A DNA stretch of 32,879 bases from Conidiobolus incongruus B7586. Lineage: Eukaryota. The notes beneath the pieces are model-generated. The model made no database searches. It was given only the letters and a program-made list of their open reading frames with translations, and was not told the origin of the DNA. Position numbers and translations under genes: made by a program. Shown here piece after piece: positions 12,600 through 23,957 of the stretch. The stretch's first letter is position 1. Each line of letters starts with the position of its first letter. The DNA is taken from the NCBI GenBank assembly GCA_000697335.1, contig JNEM01012004.1:1-32879 (forward strand), read 5' to 3'.

Positions 12600-13317
12600 T
12601 TTAATTGTTACCAAAAAATCAGTAGATTTATATAAACCGAATAAGGAATCAAATATATTAATAGACGTAATGATTGTATCATGTACATCATTGAAATGAA
12701 TTGATAATGAGTTAAAGGAATAGTGAAATTTTCGGTCAATTCATATTACAAGTTTTGTGTTAAAGCTTTATTTTATTTATTATAAATTCAAAAATTTTTA
12801 CATAAAAATATTAAAATTTTATAATTTATCATTAGATGAGTGTGCTATAGAAAAAGATGGTAAATTGTTAGTAACAGAATGTATCAAATAAAAAGTTATA
12901 ATAATTGTAAATAGAAAGAAATTTTAATGATAGTTTTAACATTTATTAATTATTGTTATTTTTACCTTAAAAAGTACGTAATATTTATAGGTGAGAATAG
13001 CATAACATTAATAGTGATATGAGCCAAGTAATGATAGTGTGAGAAACATATAAGAGACCCATTTGAAATAATCAAATATGATAAAAAAGAGAGCAAAAGA
13101 ATAATCAAAATTAAATGAGACCAAAGTTGAAGTACAAATATGTGACAATTGACTTGAAGCAATTATCTTATTGATAATTTATAAAAACTATATTAATATT
13201 ATCACATATATGATTACAAGAGAAAAACAAACTTAATCACAAAGTACATTATATCAATTGTAAACAGTATTTTATATTTTATCAAAGGCATATCTAATAA
13301 TTTAAAAGGAATTTCAT
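12600..13317 (-). pseudogene. Decayed paralog of the class A GPCR
   Basis: Minus-strand ATG at 13317, then ordered matches across frameshifts: DN..SQL vs DNLIISQI; FLSYLI/FQM..........TWLIS..MLC vs YLSYTMCQI..........TWLFSATLC; LPS vs MPS (166 nt vs 162 nt after the Trp); DKL vs DKI; FNSLSIHFNDV vs YFSITSYFGKV. The 12962-13162 ORF is a fragment of this relic. The 3' end is uncertain. Confidence 0.55.
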
Positions 13318-14745
13318 TTTAATATATGATTTCATATTTGAAGGCTTTGGTCTTTCTTATTCAGATATTTTGTATTTTTTCAATTGATGATATTGACGGG
13401 GAATAAGCTCACCCAATGGTAGTAATCCCTCAAAAGGGTACAGAACGTTAGAGAAACTGACATAAAGGTTAGTAAAGTATAAAAGAAAGAATAAAGTTGA
13501 ATGGTTTAAATATTTCAAAGTTATTAAAAGGAGGCTTATAACATGAAATTTCTAAATATCACGTTCTTGGGGCTGGGGGTTAAAATATCCCTATCAAAAT
13601 GAATTTTACCTGGTTCATTACTTTAAAATGAAATAAGAATTTCGATGAGTATAAATTCATATTAAATCAAGTCTTTATGATCAACAAAGTATAATTATTA
13701 AATATTATATATTATGTACAGTGCAATTTTATTCAACTTATATATTTTTAATATTTTAAAAATGATGCTGTGATACAAATTAGTGATAGCAATATTAATA
13801 GTATGCATTTTAAAAATTAATGAATTTGATTTATTCAAATTATTTTAATCAAAGAAAATATAATTTTTAAAATATATACTGAACCATAATCTATTATTTA
13901 AATTTAGGAACTTGATATGTTCGAACGATAAGCTTATAAGTTTAATCAAAATAGCAATGATGCTTCGCATTATTGATATTTTTATCAATTAATTCAATTA
14001 TATTTCACTTTATTTCCTTCAATTGGCCAAAAAACTTCTGAGTTGAAACAACGAAATTTAATTTATATATTATTACTTCGAAATTCAATTTGTTTTGATT
14101 CAAGCAAAAAGTTCACCTTATAAAGATTTATATGGTGTTAATTTTGTTATTAAGGGAATTTAATAAAATCAAGCACTGAGTTTTTAATAATAAAGCAAAA
14201 TATCATATTTGTAAATTATAATATTAATCATTTGCTAAAAATCCAAAAAGAATAATTTATATTTAAAAATATATTTCAAATAATTTATTTTTTTAAATAC
14301 TTGACTTTTCATCTATCTTTAATCATATCCAATCCATCATCGATTATTTTTATAGGTTTTCCTATCAACCAATATGATTGGATCGTTTTATAGATTTACT
14401 CTATTATAATTAAATAAATATTAACAATAATTTTAATATTATTCTAGAAATTCAATTATAAGTGATCACTATGAAACAAATATAAATATATCAAAAATTT
14501 ATATAATCCTATTTTTATTAAATCTTATATTATATAAATGTTTCAAAAATTAACAAATAAAAAAATATCACCAATATTGAGAATAATATTCTTGAATTTA
14601 TATTAATTAAATTCTAAATCATAAATAAGTGAAAATCTTTAAATTGAAATTTTCAATTCAATTTGTACAATTTTGAAATTGATTGATAATCCTTTTGAAA
14701 TGATTTTGGTTTCTAGACAGTTTTCAAATTTAACAAAATTACCAG

Positions 14746-14790
14746 TATAAAAGACTTCGTTCGATGATTCAATTTTAATTATCAGTTGAT
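14746..14790 (+). promoter_or_regulatory. Core promoter of array gene 1 (TATA + initiator-like ATCAGTT)
   Basis: TATAAAAG at 14746 (-72 from ATG) and ATCAGTTG at 14781. The same arrangement recurs at genes 2, 3, 6 and 7. Confidence 0.5.
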
Positions 14791-14817
14791 ATAATTAACT
14801 CTATCACTACTGTGAAT

Positions 14818-15249
14818 ATGAAATTCTTAATCGCTTCAATCTTCGTTTCCTTCACATTGGCTGCTCCATCATTCCAAAACATCAGTGGTGGTGATTCAGT
14901 GCTTGCAAGACGTGGTAACCAAATCGGTCATGGCGACGAAGGTGGTCATGTAAGTGATGAATCTCATTCTACATCAGTCAACGCTGTTGGCGATACTATG
15001 TTCTCAGGTACTGGTAACAGATTTAGTGCTGTTACCAATGTATTAACAGGATCCACTCGTGATTTCTTCCAACGTAGAGGTCTCCTTCAAGGTATTGGTA
15101 TTATCGGTAATGGCAATTCTAACCAAGATAGTTCTAAAAATGACAATGTTATCTCTGGAGGCAACCAACAATTATCTGGTCAGCATATTAGCAATAATCC
15201 AGTTGCTAATATTGCTGGAATGACTACTAATGAATCCATCACTGCTTAG
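14818..15249 (+). CDS. Small secreted RR-processed bipartite precursor, copy 1 (143 aa)
   Basis: The true start is the ATG at 14818 (MKFL, as in paralogs); 14812 is GTG. Signal 15 aa, propeptide APSFQ..VLARR 17 aa, module A 55 aa ending FFQRR, module B 56 aa (GLLQGIGIIGNG..GNQQLSGQ). Confidence 0.9.
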   Translation: MKFLIASIFVSFTLAAPSFQNISGGDSVLARRGNQIGHGDEGGHVSDESHSTSVNAVGDTMFSGTGNRFSAVTNVLTGSTRDFFQRRGLLQGIGIIGNGNSNQDSSKNDNVISGGNQQLSGQHISNNPVANIAGMTTNESITA

Positions 15250-15730
15250 ATTAAAAATAGATATTAGAAAATAAAAATCTCTTTAATATATTATAAACAG
15301 CGATCTTGAATAGAATATGAATTTTGTAGTTTATCGATACAGTAATTATTATTATTATTATTTTCATAATCATTCAGATTATAGAATATATTAGTTCAAA
15401 AGTAATGTTACCTTATTATAAATTTAATAAAATTCCAAATCTTCTAATAAATTTTTAATAAATTTATAATTTTAGAATTAGTACTCTATAAGTATAAAAC
15501 ATCTATGATATATTAAAAATAGAGAAATGGATAGTAGTAAATAATATATTTGAAACTAATTTGAAGGATATCTGAGGGATTCAAGATCCTTTCTTATAAT
15601 AGTGAAATATTTCTAGTTTCATTAAATTAACAATTCCAACTGCTTTTAAAAGTTGAAACTGTATCAGAAATTTAGATACACACTCCATTTTACTTTATGT
15701 TCGAGCTCAATTCAAAGCTTAGAACTTTGA

Positions 15731-15782
15731 AAAATATAATATTTGAAAATTCAAAATATAATATTTAAAGATTCAAAATATA
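15731..15782. repeat. Short tandem duplication, 22-bp unit x ~2.4
   Basis: aaaatataatatttgaaaattc / aaaatataatatttaaagattc / aaaatata. Confidence 0.5.
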
Positions 15783-16878
15783 TAAATTTAAATTATTATT
15801 AATAGCAAATTGATTATAACTAAATACAATATTGCTTAGCATATTCCATAAAACCTAAAAAAATATCATCATTGAGGTATTTATGCTGATAATCAAACTT
15901 CAATAACGAAATATATCAATAGTTATTAGGGTCGTGTTTTATATTTGAGTGTACACTATCTTCACTCAGCATTATACTTAATGAGGTTACATGTATTTAA
16001 TTTACAAGAAATGATTTGTTCAAATTTTAATAATCAAAAAAAATATATACCAATGAAATCAATTTAAAGAATAATCTTGGTTAAATAAAAACACTGTTGA
16101 AGGCTTTAACTTATTTCAAATGCTATTTACAAAAAACTTAAGATAAAATAAATTACTAATATGGGTTCATATTATTAAAAAATTGAATTATTAACAATAT
16201 AATTAAATAAAATGTTTTTATAAATCCAATATATCATTGAAGTTCAATTTAGAATGAAAAAGGAAATTTTGAAAAGAGTTTTTTAATTTATTGTATAAAT
16301 AGAAAAATAAAAAGAATAAACAATAATATTTTATAATAATATTTATTAAAAAATTCTTCAAGTAAAGTTATTAATATTATAAAGATAATGAAAATTTTGT
16401 AACTTGATAAATTGGTTTTGATTTTCATTTTGATAATCTATTTCATTTAAATATAAATATCAGAAAATCAGTATAATGATTGAAAAAACATAATTAATAA
16501 ACCACTAGAGTATAATATAAATTATATGAAACCTGTGAGATGTTTATTAGAAATTCATTTATTTTAAAATAGTAACATGATTTTATTAACCAGTAATTGT
16601 AACATAGAATTCAACGTCATATATGTAGATATTTGAAAATTTGATATGATTGATGATCAATTTTTAAACATCTCAAATGAAATATTTCAATTTGGATTCA
16701 CATTGCTGAAGAATAACAGTGAATATAAAATACAGAGATGTTACAATGTATTTATTACCAGACGACTTTAATACACTTTGATTGTTTGAATATAGTTTGA
16801 ATTATTGATATAAAAAGATAGTGAAAGAATATACTGAATCATCAATTAATACAATAGTTTAAATAATATACTAAAGAT

Positions 16879-17328
16879 ATGAAATTCTTAGCTGCTTCAT
16901 TCTTGATATCCGTCACATTAGCTGCTCCAGCATTCCAAAATATCAGCGGTGGTGACTCAGTGCTCGCAAGACGTGGTAATCAAGTTGGTCATGGAGGTGA
17001 AGGTGGACACGTGAGCGACGAATCTAATACAACATCAGTAAACAGTCGTGGCGATAGTTTATTCTCAGGTACCGGAAATTCTTTAAGTGCTGTGAAAAGT
17101 ATCTTTGGTAAATCTGCTTCAGGCTTTTTGAGTCGTAGAGATTTCCTGCAAGGTCTACAGGCTCTACAAGGTATTGGTGTTTTGGGTAATGGTGCCTCAA
17201 ATTCCGATAGCTCTGAAGCCAACAATGTAGTTGCACATGGTAATCAGCAATTATCAGGCCAGAATATCAGTAACTCACCGGTTGCTACTATTGGAGGCTT
17301 GGATACTAACCATTCGATTACCGCTTAG
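16879..17328 (+). CDS. Small secreted RR-processed bipartite precursor, copy 2 (149 aa)
   Basis: Same layout (15+17+55+62 aa) with sites VLARR and FLSRR. TATAAAAA at 16809 (-70). Module B starts with an LQG-LQA-LQG triplication. Confidence 0.9.
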   Translation: MKFLAASFLISVTLAAPAFQNISGGDSVLARRGNQVGHGGEGGHVSDESNTTSVNSRGDSLFSGTGNSLSAVKSIFGKSASGFLSRRDFLQGLQALQGIGVLGNGASNSDSSEANNVVAHGNQQLSGQNISNSPVATIGGLDTNHSITA

Positions 17329-17474
17329 AAAACAGAGTTCAAAGTAAATAAAATTATTAGTTAATTTGTATACATTTATAAAATTATTACAATTTTTTCA
17401 CATTAATTTTAATAATTATAAACAACAAAAGTATTGAATATTTAGACACCAATCTAATTTATAGGGAATAACAT

Positions 17475-17890
17475 TGTCAATCACTCAAGTAACTATCATT
17501 ACCACATTGAAAAAGAAATCACATTGGAGGTTCCTCATTTCACTACCTGTTTGACTCCCACACTTTCTGCCAGTAAGTCATTTCTATTAGCAAAAACAAA
17601 CAGTGAAAATTAATATAAAACTGTCATGAGCAAACTAATAAACATCATTTAATTAACTTCATCCCAAATGTATTCGGTTTCTAAGTTCTTATAATACTCA
17701 CAAAAGTGTTGAGTTGTGACTAGTGTGAGATATTTACTTTATTCAAAGAACCCAATTATTGTAAGTCATTTTCATCTTATTTGGTTAATACCATTAATTT
17801 TCTCTTACTCTATGGTAGCCTATAGCTTACCACTGTTGATTTCCTCTTTCAGCTTTAATAGTCTATTTGTTCCTACATTTATGGTTGTCA
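17475..17890 (+). mobile_element. LTR-like dispersed repeat, copy 1 (CpG-depleted)
   Basis: Collinear over ~415 bp with 22948-23368 (shared TGTCAATCACTCAAG, CACATTGG, AACTAATAAACAT, CACAAAAGT, TTACCACTG, AGTCTATTT). It starts TG and ends GTCA, has TATAAAA (17614) then AATAAA (17637), and is preceded by purine-rich GGGAATA. No clean target-site duplication. Confidence 0.6.
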
Positions 17891-20184
17891 CAATATTGGT
17901 ATAATATTATTTAATACTATTCAGTTTTATACTAATATTATTTTAAATATTTCTTAGTTTATAAATCAAAATATTATTACTTAAAGTAATTGTACTATAA
18001 TAATAAGCTGGTATTTTAAATAATTTTGAATTTTTGGTATATTATATAATTTGTAAAAATATTGAAATATATTTACTATAATTTACAAAAGATTATTTTA
18101 ATATTTGAATGATTTGTCACAATTTAAAAAAATATTTAATAAATATACAACACAATTTTGGTTAGTATTATAAATATGACAATAAAATTAAGATAGCATA
18201 CATCAATCCCTGTTTAATTATTATTAGATTAATATAGTTATCCTATGTAAATATGGAATATTATACAGGAATGTTTCTTTTTATATCTTGAAAGTTATTC
18301 TCAAATTTTTTTAATGAACAATTGATTCAAAAAATGTGTCTAAATTAAATAAAATATGAATTAAAAGTTTATGAAAAATAAATTTTTTGAAAATTTTTGT
18401 TTAATAAAAAACTATTTAAAAATATGAATAAAGTAAATATAATAGTTTAAATAATAAAAAATTATGAATAAATCTCTTAATCTTTTTTGAATTTCATATT
18501 ATTATTTTAAATTTTGAATATTGACTATAAAGTTTAAAAATATATTCAACTATAATAGCGTATACTATGTTAGTTTCAAATTCTTAAAATTATATGATAT
18601 TATACGCAGATATGTGATTGATTAAGAAATTTATTATCAGATTTCTCTGTATAACTATATTTGTTATTATATAAATATAACAAATATTAAATATTATATT
18701 TTGGTACATCCTATATAATTGAGTATATATATATTTAGTCAGTAATTTGAAATTATATAATATATCAAATATATTTCAATATATCGCTGTCTATTATAAA
18801 TACATAAAATTTTTTTCCATCGTTTATATTTTTAACAGTATATTGAGATTACAAAAATTTTTAACAATTGGCATATTTTTTTAAAGTTTTCACTATAAAA
18901 ATCAAGCTAACATTAAATCATAATATAATAATTATTTACTTATTCTAGTGTTTAAACTATATATTTAATTAAACAATATATATTAAGATTTTATTATTTT
19001 AATATAAAATTTTGATTTTTATTTTATATTAAATTATAATATCAAAATGATTTATCAAAGTGATTGAATAATATAATATTAAAATCCATTTTATATTGAC
19101 AACTATAATAATTTTATCGAAAGAGATTATTAGTAATATTTTTTGTTAATATTTATCTTCAAATTACTTTTCTATGATATTTAATGGAATAATTGATATT
19201 AATTTTACCTACATTGTGATTTTAAATTTTGGTCTAATTATTAAAAATAATCTTCTAAAATAGTATAAAGATTGAAGAAATTTTTGAAATTATAATAAAT
19301 TATATTTCAAATTGAGAATCTATAAATATTAATGAATATTCATATTCTAAAATTGATTCAACTCAAATGTTAATGTTAAAAAAATAATCGCTAATTAATT
19401 TCCATAAAAATTTGCATGGTTTATTACATGTTCACTTAATATGATAAAAATTCTCTACATCACTTTAGAATATAATCTTGTTTATCATTATAAATCAATT
19501 CAACTTGAATAATTATAAAATAGCAATTTATTTCATTATTTATCGATACATTAAATATGAAATCGTATGAAAATATTCTTAAATATTTAATTCACCACCT
19601 TGAGAGTAAATAACCTGAAAAATTTAATTTTTAATATATTACTTTTGTATTTAAAACAATTTGTAATTTATGTGATAATTTTAAGCATATATAGCCTTAA
19701 AATTAATAAATTTAATGGATTTTTTTCAAATTACTAGAAATTAAGATTTTAGTTTTATAAATAGAGAATATTAAAAATTTAAAAAAAAATAAATTATTTT
19801 TCTATTGCTCTAATGGAACTATAAATTTATTAATATACACAAATTTTATTATTTTTGAAAAATTAATTAATAAGAAATTATCTTCCTGATATAAAGCAAT
19901 GATGATCCTATTACATTTAGAAATTCAATTTTATTGTATCAAATATTGATTGATCAACATTTCAATCCATTCAGATCATCTATAAATCATTTCATATTTG
20001 AATCATTTCAAATATTTAATTTACTTGAATTAAAAATTCATTATATTAAATTGTTACTGTTTGATAAATTTTTTTAATACAACTTTGAGTTTTACAACTG
20101 GATTTAAATATTCATATAAAAGAGTTATTCATCAAATATGGTCAACTTATCAATTGATCTAATTTCTAATTAATCTTAGAAAAA

Positions 20185-20508
20185 ATGAAATTCTTATTTG
20201 CTTTATTCACTTCAATCACTTTAGCTGCTCCTTCATTTCAAAATATTAGCCGTGGTAATTCAATAATTGCAGGACCTATTGGATCTATTGGCAGAGATGG
20301 TTTCAGCAGAGATGGCTTCTTCGTTCGTAGACAAATCCTACAAGGAATCGGTATCTTGGGTAATGGTGGCCAGAACACCGATAAATCTCAAACCAACAAT
20401 GTTGTGGCTCACGGTAATCAACAATTGTCAGGTCAAAATATCAATAATTCACCTGTTGCTAATATTGGTGGACTGGATGCTAATCATTCAATTAATTTTA
20501 AACAATAG
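20185..20508 (+). CDS. Small secreted precursor, copy 3, module-B-only derivative (107 aa)
   Basis: Signal and APSFQNIS are retained. The first RR and module A are replaced by a short linker (GPIGSIGRDGFSRDG), followed by FFVRR and an intact module B. TATAAAAG at 20115 (-70). Confidence 0.85.
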   Translation: MKFLFALFTSITLAAPSFQNISRGNSIIAGPIGSIGRDGFSRDGFFVRRQILQGIGILGNGGQNTDKSQTNNVVAHGNQQLSGQNINNSPVANIGGLDANHSINFKQ

Positions 20509-20837
20509 AATTAAATATTACAATAAAATGGTTAAAATTATTCTAAACTAACATTTATTTTGCATAGGTCAACTATATAACCTATATGACAAAGCTTAAT
20601 ATAAATAAAAGTGATAATCCATATTAACAATATTAATACTAAAAAATATTATATATATTCCAAATATTATTTGAAAAATGAAACTTTCAATGAATAGCTT
20701 TAATAAATCTTGTATAAATATTATTATTGACAGTTATTAAAAATTTGGTTATTAATAAGAGTATACAAAAAAATAGTATTTTGATAATAATACAAAAACA
20801 CAAAAAGAATTGATAAAAATTGAAGAGATAACTTAAT

Positions 20838-20910
20838 CGCCCAATGTGGGGCTCGAACCCACGACCCTCAGATTAAAAGTCTGATGCTCTACCGACTGAG
20901 CTAACCGGGC
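20838..20910 (-). tRNA. tRNA-Lys-TTT: tRNA-Lys (anticodon UUU), 73 nt, intronless
   Basis: Reverse complement reads GCCCGGTTAGCTCAGTCGGTAGAGCATCAGACTTTTAATCTGAGGGTCGTGGGTTCGAGCCCCACATTGGGCG. It forms a full cloverleaf with A box, B box (GGTTCGAGCC) and anticodon loop CT-TTT-AA. No encoded CCA. A T5 Pol III terminator lies about 20 nt downstream (20815-20819). Confidence 0.97.
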
Positions 20911-21721
20911 ATAAAATCAGCAAATATTTAAATAACATATCTCACTTAGTAAAATATTTTTCATTTAATCTTTCATTTTTTTTTCAAATTAACTATTTAA
21001 TTTCGTATAGATTTTCTTAATTTAATATAGATTTTCCAATTTTTATCTACTTTCAAATCTCACCTAATAACTATTTTTTTAATTATTAATACTCATTTCA
21101 TCTATTTTTTTTCAATATAAATTTTATTATTTATTATGTAATTATAATTCGAAATCACATTATATATTCAACTATATCTTTTTTATTCTAATGCTTATTC
21201 TCAACTATTTTTTTGGTATAGAGTTATATCTCTTATATTGGTTTTACCAATTAATGTATTAATATATATTATTTCTTTAATAAGTAACCTACATACATAT
21301 ATTAATAATATTACAATATTCGAAATTTTCATTTTTAATATTCAAACAATATGAAGTTTTTATCATTGTTTTATCTATAGCATTATTTAATACGCTATAA
21401 TTTACATATTTTAGAATTCAAATACAGTTATATTTAAATATATATTTTTTAAAATATCAATATCAAAATAATAGATTTAAGAGAAAGAAATCAAAGATTA
21501 AGCTTGAATATGATATTAACCTATTACAAAAATTATAAATTCACCAAAATTTATGAGAGAATAATCAAATTATGTATTTTGAAATAATTTTACTAATTGA
21601 AATTGATTTGATACAAAATTAAGTTTTACAAATAATTTGAGAGTTTTATATATAATACTAATCAAAGTTGATCAATCTAAATATTAAATTAATCTCTTGC
21701 ATGTTAAATTTAAAATCAATA

Positions 21722-22048
21722 ATGAAATTTCATTACATAACTTTATTCATATTAAGCACTTTTGCCACTCCAATATTCCATGTGACCAGTGGTGATAAGT
21801 CTTTATTATCTCGACGTGGGTACACATTTGGTCAAGGCGATACCAGCTATAGTGTCAGCGACTCATCGCACAACGTTGTTATCAACTCAATAAATGACGG
21901 CTACATGAGCGGCGAAAAGAATAAATTTAACTCAATAATTAATATTAATGAATCTACTGGTGATTTTTTAATCCGTAGAGGCTTTGTACAAGGGGTAGGA
22001 ATAATAGGAAATGCTGCTTCCAATATGGATGGCTTTAGCCTCTTTTAA
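21722..22048 (+). pseudogene. Small secreted precursor, copy 4, C-terminally truncated (108 aa; module A intact, module B cut after 22 aa)
   Basis: The true start is the ATG at 21722 (MKFH). Sites LLSRR and FLIRR are present. It is closest to copy 5. The stop arises in a T-run (22043-22046); removing one T restores FNIF, aligning to LNVF of copy 5, but GNQQLSG and the rest are absent. It may still be expressed as an A-only product. Confidence 0.7.
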
Positions 22049-22947
22049 TATTTTCTATCTAAAATTTTCCAAAATTTATTGAAATTTGAATTTATTTCAT
22101 TAAAGATAAATAAAATGATTAAAGTTTAATCGATATATATAATTGTAAAATAATTATCCAAGTTCAATTAATATATTTAATCGATTCTATTGAATTTTTA
22201 AATATTTTTCCATTTACTTTTTCAAATATAAATTCAAATTTTACAATATTGATAATTAACTACTGATTGGATATGAGCAAGGATATTCAGTTAGAGCAAT
22301 ATACAAAGTAATATAATAAATAAACCTTGAAAATGAGCATAACAACTGCAAAATCATTTGATTAGTTACTTTGGAAATTGAATGTATAGATAAATACTTT
22401 AATGTACAATTTATATAAAGCATTGTATATTAATTGATTAGTATATGACTCAACTAACATCAAATACAAAAAATATGTTATTACTTTCTTAATGATTATT
22501 TTAGTTACATTTTAATTGGACTTGTAAAATATTAGTTTAATTTTTCAAAATTTCATTAAAATAGTACTAAATCTGAAAAACTATGTATCTTGATATAGCC
22601 GTTGTTTATTATAAACATATTCAATGATTCAATCATTTAGATATTAAATTATTTTCCATATTCTTTTATTTTAGAATCATGAAATATTTGAAATTATAAA
22701 AATTCGTAACTAGGAAAATAGTAAAATATTTAATACATTAATCTTGAATTTTTCTATTTAAATTATTGAGTTTATTCAAACACCCATTGTTTTAATATTT
22801 TTTATTTTTATATTTTTATCTATTTTTTATATTTTAAATAATTGCCTTCAAATATTTTTAACATATTTCCAATATCAAAATTTATGATAAAAGAAAATAT
22901 TTTTTGCTATAATAAATTATATTGAACAAAATGATGGGAAATAACCT

Positions 22948-23368
22948 TGTCAATCACTCAAGACACTGTGATTGCCATACTGTATCGAGAAGTCACATTG
23001 GGAACACTCAGTTTTCTGAACCTGGTGGCTGTGTTCCTTTTTGCCACTGAGACATTCCTATCCATAAAAATCAACAATGAAAGCTAATATAAGATTATCA
23101 TGAATGAACTAATAAACATATCTCTTTTATCTTCATAGCAAAAGTATTCAGTCTCTAAGTTTTTCTCGTAGCACCCACAAAAGTATCGAATCGTGACGAG
23201 CGTGAGATTATTACTTTACACGAGGAACCCAAATTACAGTAAGCCGTTTGCACCTGATTTGGTGAACCCCATCAATTTCCCGTAACTTTGTGGTAATCTG
23301 TCGTTTACCACTGGTGATTCCCCGCTGAAGCACTAAAAGTCTATTTCCTCCCGCAATCCCGTTCGTCA
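22948..23368 (+). mobile_element. LTR-like dispersed repeat, copy 2 (CpG-rich, less decayed)
   Basis: Homologous to 17475-17890. TG...CA ends, TATAAG (23088) then AATAAA (23111), preceded by GGGAAATA. No reading frame examined was conserved between the copies. Confidence 0.6.
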
Positions 23369-23957
23369 AAAATTTTCAGTAGATGATTGATAATTGACAT
23401 CATTACTTATTATTTAAATATGATTGTTTGAGATAACGTTATTTATCATTATGATTCAATAAATGAGATATAAGTATTAAAATATATGAATAAGTAATAT
23501 AAACAAATTTAAAAGATATATTTTAAATTGTAAATTTCATTTATGATTTGATAAAGTTTTTTAGTTCAATATATTACTTTCAAATTGAGAATATATTTTG
23601 ATTAAAATATTAGTATTAAATTTCTAAAATCATAGGATATATTTTAATACTGTTAAATTTTTGATATTTTAATATAACTAAGCCCGAGTCAAGTATTACT
23701 GAAGTTTCAATAGTTTATCAATTTAAAATATCATTAAAATTGACCTTATTAATAAAAATGAGTATGAAAATTTGTAGGAGTATTTGAAAATTTCAATTTA
23801 CACAATTTGAAATGTTAATACCATTTCAAATTCGTTTGATACGAGGTTAAAGTTTGGAATATAATTTAAATGTTTTAATATAAAAAGAAAATAGAATACA
23901 TTATATATACATACACAATTAATTAATCAATAATTCAAAATATTGTGATTATCAATT

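Noticed and set aside
14812..14817. GTG start for copy 1, and the TTG start at 21668 for copy 4
   Set aside because: The context is eukaryotic, and paralog alignment and TATA spacing place the starts at ATG 14818 and ATG 21722.
17716..17904. 62-aa hydrophobic ORF, or a protein-coding (e.g. viral or mitochondrial) origin for the repeat pair
   Set aside because: The second copy has a frameshift and stops in this frame, and substitutions show no consistent codon periodicity.
22948..23368. Structured ncRNA (snR30/U17, RNase MRP, telomerase RNA)
   Set aside because: Only a partial ACATTCCTA resemblance to the snR30 m1 motif, not conserved in the other copy. TG..CA ends with TATA then AATAAA fit an LTR better. 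Not formally excluded without Infernal.
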